From assembly GCA_016783505.1 (NCBI GenBank), contig JADHWK010000011.1, positions 1 to 60,160 of the forward strand: DNA of 60,160 bases, in the 5' to 3' direction. Shown here piece by piece: positions 55,236 to 60,160 of the stretch. The notes under the pieces were generated by a model. The model had not been told where the DNA came from, did no database searches, and was given only the letters and a program-made list of their open reading frames with translations. Position numbers and translations under genes: made by a program. Source of the DNA: Candidatus Zhuqueibacterota bacterium (GTDB lineage: Bacteria; BS750m-G25). Position 1 is the first letter of the stretch. Each line of letters opens with the position of its first letter.

Positions 55236-58200
55236 ATGTTGAGGAAAGGTAACGGTTTCTTATTGCCCTTGGTTTTGGTTATTTCCGTTATGGTTCTGGG
55301 GCCGGCACTTTCCTACGGCCAAAACCCACAGGTAATCTCGGCTGCTTACATTGATAGCACAAACGTTTTACAGTTTGTCTTTAACCGTCCGGTCTTCACC
55401 GATTCTTCCCGGGTTATCCGGGGTGGGATAACCCTGGATGGGGATAACGGTGGTGACTATCCGGATGTAACCCTGACCGGGGGAACCTTTATAAATCCTG
55501 CCAATCCGGACACTGTTGTAAGCATTTACGCGAGTCTGGAGGATCAGAAAAAGATTGAGGGAATGGTAGATCGAAACAGCCTGGAGTTGGTTCTATCAGC
55601 AAATACCTTTGTTGATGCCAATTACGGGGGCAATTCAGAATTAACCACCGACGACGATCTTCCGGTAGATTTTATAGAAGACCGCAACCCACCGACACCG
55701 ATTGCCGTTCGGTATGATGCTGGCATAAATCATTTGACCATAATGTTCAGCGAGCCGGTACAAATCGGCGGTCCGAATGCCGCAAAGATCTTGTTACCGG
55801 GTATGGCTCTCGATGATGATTTTGGCGGTCCCAACATGGACGCCATGCTTACTCGCCAGAATGCTGAGGTTATGACCGATTCGACCGGGTATGCGTTTAA
55901 TGACATCGTCCTAGTGGATATCAAACCCAGTCTACAGCAGGTCATCGAAGCTTTTACTGAATCCACAATCATCTTGAAACTGGACCCGTTTACGTTTTTG
56001 GATGACGACCACCGTAACAGCAATAAAGCGCTAACCGTAAACGACAGTATTAATGTTAACTATCTGCCCGACCTCGATCCCACCGGTATTGACAGCGCTT
56101 CTTACAATGCTGGTGAGAATAAACTCTACATCCATTTTGACGAGGCGGTCACCAATAGCTTTGAGGGGGAAGAGTGGGTGGATTACTCAAAGATTGTCTT
56201 TGACGATGACTGGGGCGGTCCTAACCCCGACATCACCCTATCCGGGGGACTATCCGAGGTTTCGGGCCTGACAACCCTGAAGATCGAAGTAACCACTGAA
56301 GACCAACAGGCCATCGAGGCGCTGACCAATAAGGATTCCTTTGTGCTTACCCTGGGTGCCTATGCAGTGCTGGACGCTGGTTATAACGGCATCCGGGAAT
56401 TTACGTTGGATGACAGCATCCTGGTTCGATACATCGAGGAGGGGGAGGGCGATAAGCCGGTGGTGGATTCTGTAAAATATGACGCCGGATTGAATGAACT
56501 AACCCTGTTTTTTGACAAGAGGATGGATAGGGATTTTTTTGTGTTGACCGGGATCACCTTAGACGACGATAATGGGGGACCTAACCCTAATGTGACCCTT
56601 ACCGGGGCCGATACGGTCATCATCAGGCGGTCAGAAGTAAAGATTGGGGTAAACATTAACGATGAGGTGGGGATTGAAGGGATGGCGGCGAAAGATTTCC
56701 TGAAGTTAGTCTTAGCGCCTTATTCTTTTATTGATCGCACTAATGGAAATGGGAATGTTGCTGTTAGTCTGGGAAGTAACCTGTTTGTATCATATCAGCC
56801 GGATACTGTAGCCCCTGAAATTCTTTCGGTAAAATATGATTTCCGTAATGATGAACTTTTGTTTGCTTTTGATAAATCTGTAAAGCATGGGGATTTAACC
56901 GGGATTAGCCTTGGTGAAATAACTTTGACTGGTGGGGAAGTGAAAGAGACGGTAGATACCACAACCATAACCATAGGGGTCAACGCGGATGACCAAGCCA
57001 ACATTGAGGGGCTTGCTAATTCTGTTAAGTCTAACCTGACCGTTTCTGTGGCCGCCCAGACCTTTAAGAACCTGGATGATGTTCCCAATTCGGACCTTTC
57101 TTTTCAGGATAGTGATACCACCGCATCGGGTGATACGCTCTTCGTTGGATACGGTCGTAAATTCTGGGATAAGAGCTTTGAAGCGTTCCCCACCGTTGAT
57201 GAATGGGTTCCCGCTTCTTTAAGGGCGGCGGGAGACCATTCCTACTTCTACGTGGCCGATGGCCAATGGCGGGTTACCGTTACCCAGGCCGATGTGGATA
57301 GCCTGCTGACCGCCTTTGAAGTCAGCACCCCTGCTGATCCTACCCGGGGCATCTACCAGATCTGCCGGGATGTATTTGGCGAGGAAGGGGATACCGACGG
57401 TGACAGTCTGATTACCATCCTTCTGATGGACCTGAGGGATGAATTTGGCCAGGGTCGGGCAGCCAGGTATGCCGACCTGCCAAAGGCGGGTTATTTCGAC
57501 CCCCGAAATGAGCTGCCCGATACTGTTTATGCCCATTCCAATGAAGTGGATATGTTCTACATTGATACCGATCCTATTATATTAGAAGCTGGCACCGCCG
57601 GCAACGCCCTGGCGGATATGTTCCAGCGAATGATTTCCCACCATGTAGATCCCGATGAAGAGGAATGGCTGATGGAGGGGATGTCGGCTATGGCCCAGGT
57701 GATAACTGGGTATGGGTTTTCCAGCTATCAGTATCCTGAAAAAGATCCCACACCGGCGGCCGGCAACGATATGACATCCTGGACTGAATGGCAGGCTGGA
57801 TATCCCATTGACCTTGACGATCTTTACAACACTTTCTTGTTCCATCTTTACCTTTATGAACAATACGATAGTGTGGTTACCATTTCCGCCATTGCCACCG
57901 ATACCGCCAACGGGCTGGCCAGTATAGATAGCAATCTTTCATCCCTGGGTTATTCCCAGAGTGTATCGCAGATCTTCGACGATTTTGCGGTGGCCTGTTT
58001 CTTCGATACTTTGGATCACCCTGTCTACGGGAATAAATATGGCTTTGAACTGGTTGATCTGGGAACGCCCATTACAGAAAAGATCAAGTGGACGCGAGAT
58101 GACTATATTTTAGAACAGGCCCAATGGTCCTTCTCCAATTTTATCGTGATAGAAAAAGAAAAAGTTCCTCAAACCTTACTGTTCAATGGAAACGATGAGA

Positions 58201-59432
58201 CGGAATTTAGTTTCATTATGGCAACAATGGAGGAGATAAGGCCGGGGGTTTATAATTTAGGTTCTGTAGAAATAGGGATACCGGATACCCTCTTCAATGA
58301 GCTCTCCATGGATCTCGATACCACCTCATTTGCCTTCCTGGTTTCTTGCAGTAAAACTGCGGGGGGGCCGGTGCCATCATCCTTTGTCATCTCCAGAGAT
58401 CTTACCCCGCCGGAGATCAGTCTCGGTGTTTTCCAGAATCCATCGGTGGACGAGTTTCTGGATATTCATGTAATCTCCTCGGAAAGATTGTATGAAGATA
58501 TGACCGATGAGGGCCCGGTGATAGCCGTTACCCTGTATACCACTACGGATACCACTACCAATGAAATGGTGGCTGACCTCAATTTCACCGACCCCGGGGA
58601 GACGATGTTCAATTATCATGCTGAATTTACCCTGTGGACAAGCGGCGACTATGTGGTAAAGGCTATCGGTCAGGATATTAGTGGGAACGATTTTGTGCCG
58701 GATTCCACCGTCCTTACCGCTCAGAAGATTCTGGCCAATCAGGGTGGTGCCATCAAGGATGTTCAGGGGAAGGCGTCGCTGGTGCTGCCCCCGGGGTCTG
58801 TTGGGCGGGATGTCTATATTACCCTCCAGGTTGTAGAGACCGAGAAACCCGGGGCCCTTTTCCAAAAGGGTTCCCTGTCCCCGAGACCTGGAGAACGGGA
58901 GTCCATAGGGCCGGCCTTTCGCTTCGGGCCGGCGGGGATTACGCTCTCCATACCCGCTTCCCTGACGTTGTCCTGGGAAGGGGATATTCCCGAGGCCCCC
59001 TTGGGTATCTACCGCATGCGGGATACTACCTGGGTTTATGTGGGTGGGGTTACCGATCGGGAAAAGCGGACGGTAGTGGCCCAGGTTACAAAGTTGGGTC
59101 AGTTCCAGATCCAGGCCGGGGCACCGGGGGAGGAAGGTCCTGAAGTGCCGAGGACATATTATTTATCCCAGAATTTTCCCAATCCCTTCAACCCCATCAC
59201 CACCATTGAGTATGGACTGCCGGAGGCCAGCCGGGTTACCCTGACAGTTTACAATATCCTGGGTCAGGCATTGGTAACCTTAGTGGATGGTCATCAAAAC
59301 CCGGGGTTTTTCCTAGTCGGGTTTGATGCCACCCCCTATGCTTCAGGCGTTTACTTCTATAAAATTAATGCCCTGGCTGAGGCCGGTGAAAGGAAATTTA
59401 GCCAGATTAAAAAGATGGTAGTGCTTAAATAG
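55236..59432 (+). CDS. T9SS cargo with five Ig-like repeats, a degenerate M30-like metallopeptidase domain, a ZU5-like domain and a CTD
   Basis: Repeats YDAGxNxLxxxF...LDDDxGGPNPDxTL; VFGEEGDTDGD...AGYF...SNEVDMFYID...ALADMFQRMI...WLMEGMS; LSQNFPNPFNP CTD. Start set at ATG 55236 after GGAGG. Confidence 0.88.
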   Translation: MLRKGNGFLLPLVLVISVMVLGPALSYGQNPQVISAAYIDSTNVLQFVFNRPVFTDSSRVIRGGITLDGDNGGDYPDVTLTGGTFINPANPDTVVSIYASLEDQKKIEGMVDRNSLELVLSANTFVDANYGGNSELTTDDDLPVDFIEDRNPPTPIAVRYDAGINHLTIMFSEPVQIGGPNAAKILLPGMALDDDFGGPNMDAMLTRQNAEVMTDSTGYAFNDIVLVDIKPSLQQVIEAFTESTIILKLDPFTFLDDDHRNSNKALTVNDSINVNYLPDLDPTGIDSASYNAGENKLYIHFDEAVTNSFEGEEWVDYSKIVFDDDWGGPNPDITLSGGLSEVSGLTTLKIEVTTEDQQAIEALTNKDSFVLTLGAYAVLDAGYNGIREFTLDDSILVRYIEEGEGDKPVVDSVKYDAGLNELTLFFDKRMDRDFFVLTGITLDDDNGGPNPNVTLTGADTVIIRRSEVKIGVNINDEVGIEGMAAKDFLKLVLAPYSFIDRTNGNGNVAVSLGSNLFVSYQPDTVAPEILSVKYDFRNDELLFAFDKSVKHGDLTGISLGEITLTGGEVKETVDTTTITIGVNADDQANIEGLANSVKSNLTVSVAAQTFKNLDDVPNSDLSFQDSDTTASGDTLFVGYGRKFWDKSFEAFPTVDEWVPASLRAAGDHSYFYVADGQWRVTVTQADVDSLLTAFEVSTPADPTRGIYQICRDVFGEEGDTDGDSLITILLMDLRDEFGQGRAARYADLPKAGYFDPRNELPDTVYAHSNEVDMFYIDTDPIILEAGTAGNALADMFQRMISHHVDPDEEEWLMEGMSAMAQVITGYGFSSYQYPEKDPTPAAGNDMTSWTEWQAGYPIDLDDLYNTFLFHLYLYEQYDSVVTISAIATDTANGLASIDSNLSSLGYSQSVSQIFDDFAVACFFDTLDHPVYGNKYGFELVDLGTPITEKIKWTRDDYILEQAQWSFSNFIVIEKEKVPQTLLFNGNDETEFSFIMATMEEIRPGVYNLGSVEIGIPDTLFNELSMDLDTTSFAFLVSCSKTAGGPVPSSFVISRDLTPPEISLGVFQNPSVDEFLDIHVISSERLYEDMTDEGPVIAVTLYTTTDTTTNEMVADLNFTDPGETMFNYHAEFTLWTSGDYVVKAIGQDISGNDFVPDSTVLTAQKILANQGGAIKDVQGKASLVLPPGSVGRDVYITLQVVETEKPGALFQKGSLSPRPGERESIGPAFRFGPAGITLSIPASLTLSWEGDIPEAPLGIYRMRDTTWVYVGGVTDREKRTVVAQVTKLGQFQIQAGAPGEEGPEVPRTYYLSQNFPNPFNPITTIEYGLPEASRVTLTVYNILGQALVTLVDGHQNPGFFLVGFDATPYASGVYFYKINALAEAGERKFSQIKKMVVLK

Positions 59433-59462
59433 TAAAACCTTAGCAAAAATCAAATAAACGAT

Positions 59463-59564
59463 AAGACCCATAGGGTCTTGCCCAAGGAATTATTAACTAA
59501 GGTCATTTCAAGCTTTTATCTTCAATAGTTCGAAGTTTCTTAAGACAAGGTCATAGACCTTGTC
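59463..59564. repeat. Two short palindromes after module 2
   Basis: AAGACCC-ATA-GGGTCTT (59463-59479) and GACAAGGTC-ATA-GACCTTGTC (59544-59564), both with an ATA loop. Confidence 0.55.
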
Positions 59565-59643
59565 AAATCTTAGTGATTAAAAAATTGGCCCAAGTTTAGT
59601 AAATAAAACTGGGGTTTCAGGTATCTTGGGATTTGAGGAGGTT

Positions 59644-60160
59644 ATGAGCATGTTTTCTAAAAAAGCGGGCATAAGCATTATACTTGTTATGGCTGTTCTC
59701 ATAGGGGGCTGTGAGCGGAAGGGGAAACACATACCCACTGATCCCTCAACCATCGTCTCCAACACTACTGATGGATGGGCGGCTTTTGAGGACGGGGATT
59801 ATGAGGCGGCTATCGTTTACTTCAACGATGCCAAGAACCGGGACGCCTCCAGTGAGGAAGCCTACAGCGGCCTGGGATGGGCCTATTCCCGGGATCGCCA
59901 GTTCATATTTTCCTATCCCAACTTCGGTCTCCTTCTGTCACTCACCGAGGATTCCACCTTGATAACGGATGCCTATGCTGGGCTGGCTTTTACCTATTCC
60001 GCCGATCCCGAAAAGCGGGACGACCAGGAAGGGGATTCGCTGGCGATCAGGTTCGCCAGGGAAGCCCTCAGCCTGGATCCTGATTATCAGTTTAGCCATG
60101 ATCAGTCCATTGATGCCGTTATCCTGCACGCCCTGATTGCCCAGAGTTTCTATAATCGTA
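59644..60160 (+). CDS. TPR-containing lipoprotein, 3'-truncated by the window edge (absent from the ORF track)
   Basis: SD GAGGAG; MSMFSKKAGISIILVMAVLIGGC lipobox; GWAAFEDGDYEAAIVYF...EAYSGLGWAY TPR; the frame stays open to the end. Confidence 0.85.
   Translation, partial: MSMFSKKAGISIILVMAVLIGGCERKGKHIPTDPSTIVSNTTDGWAAFEDGDYEAAIVYFNDAKNRDASSEEAYSGLGWAYSRDRQFIFSYPNFGLLLSLTEDSTLITDAYAGLAFTYSADPEKRDDQEGDSLAIRFAREALSLDPDYQFSHDQSIDAVILHALIAQSFYNR

Noticed and set aside
1-60160. Numerous minus-strand and nested alternative-frame ORFs in the track; rRNA, tRNA, CRISPR, prophage and IS elements
   Set aside because: The ORFs are shadows of well-supported + strand genes. No RNA-gene, repeat-spacer, phage or transposase signature was seen by eye.

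Overview
Chromosomal window from an FCB-superphylum bacterium. KSB1/Calditrichota-like affinity is inferred from the T9SS-CTD, PorV, GWxTD and TonB-receptor architecture and was not verified. Every convincing gene is on the + strand. There are five blocks. (1) 1-2.8 kb: transaldolase end, a DUF5678-like gene, two retropepsin-like genes, and degP. (2) 2.87-11.39 kb: an inverted-type integron between degP and purB. It has an internally deleted intI, two copies of an attI-like site and five cassettes: a deaminase-GHKL-wHTH fusion, a Zn-ribbon membrane protein, an SfiI-like R-M pair, DUF2130 and a membrane-anchored unknown. (3) 11.45-17.06 kb: housekeeping purB-purC-psd-pssA-purS-purQ-DUF4321-tatC, followed by a decayed gatB. 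(4) 18-33 kb and 48.5-60 kb: two paralogous TonB receptor + T9SS cargo + PorV modules. Each sits behind a homologous block made of the gatB 3' end, a promoter and a leader hairpin, and each carries an apparently dead enzyme homolog. (5) 33.5-48 kb: an amide/peptide/guanidino hydrolase cluster between the two modules. No rRNA, tRNA or CRISPR array was seen. All family calls come from motif recognition by eye, with no database searches.
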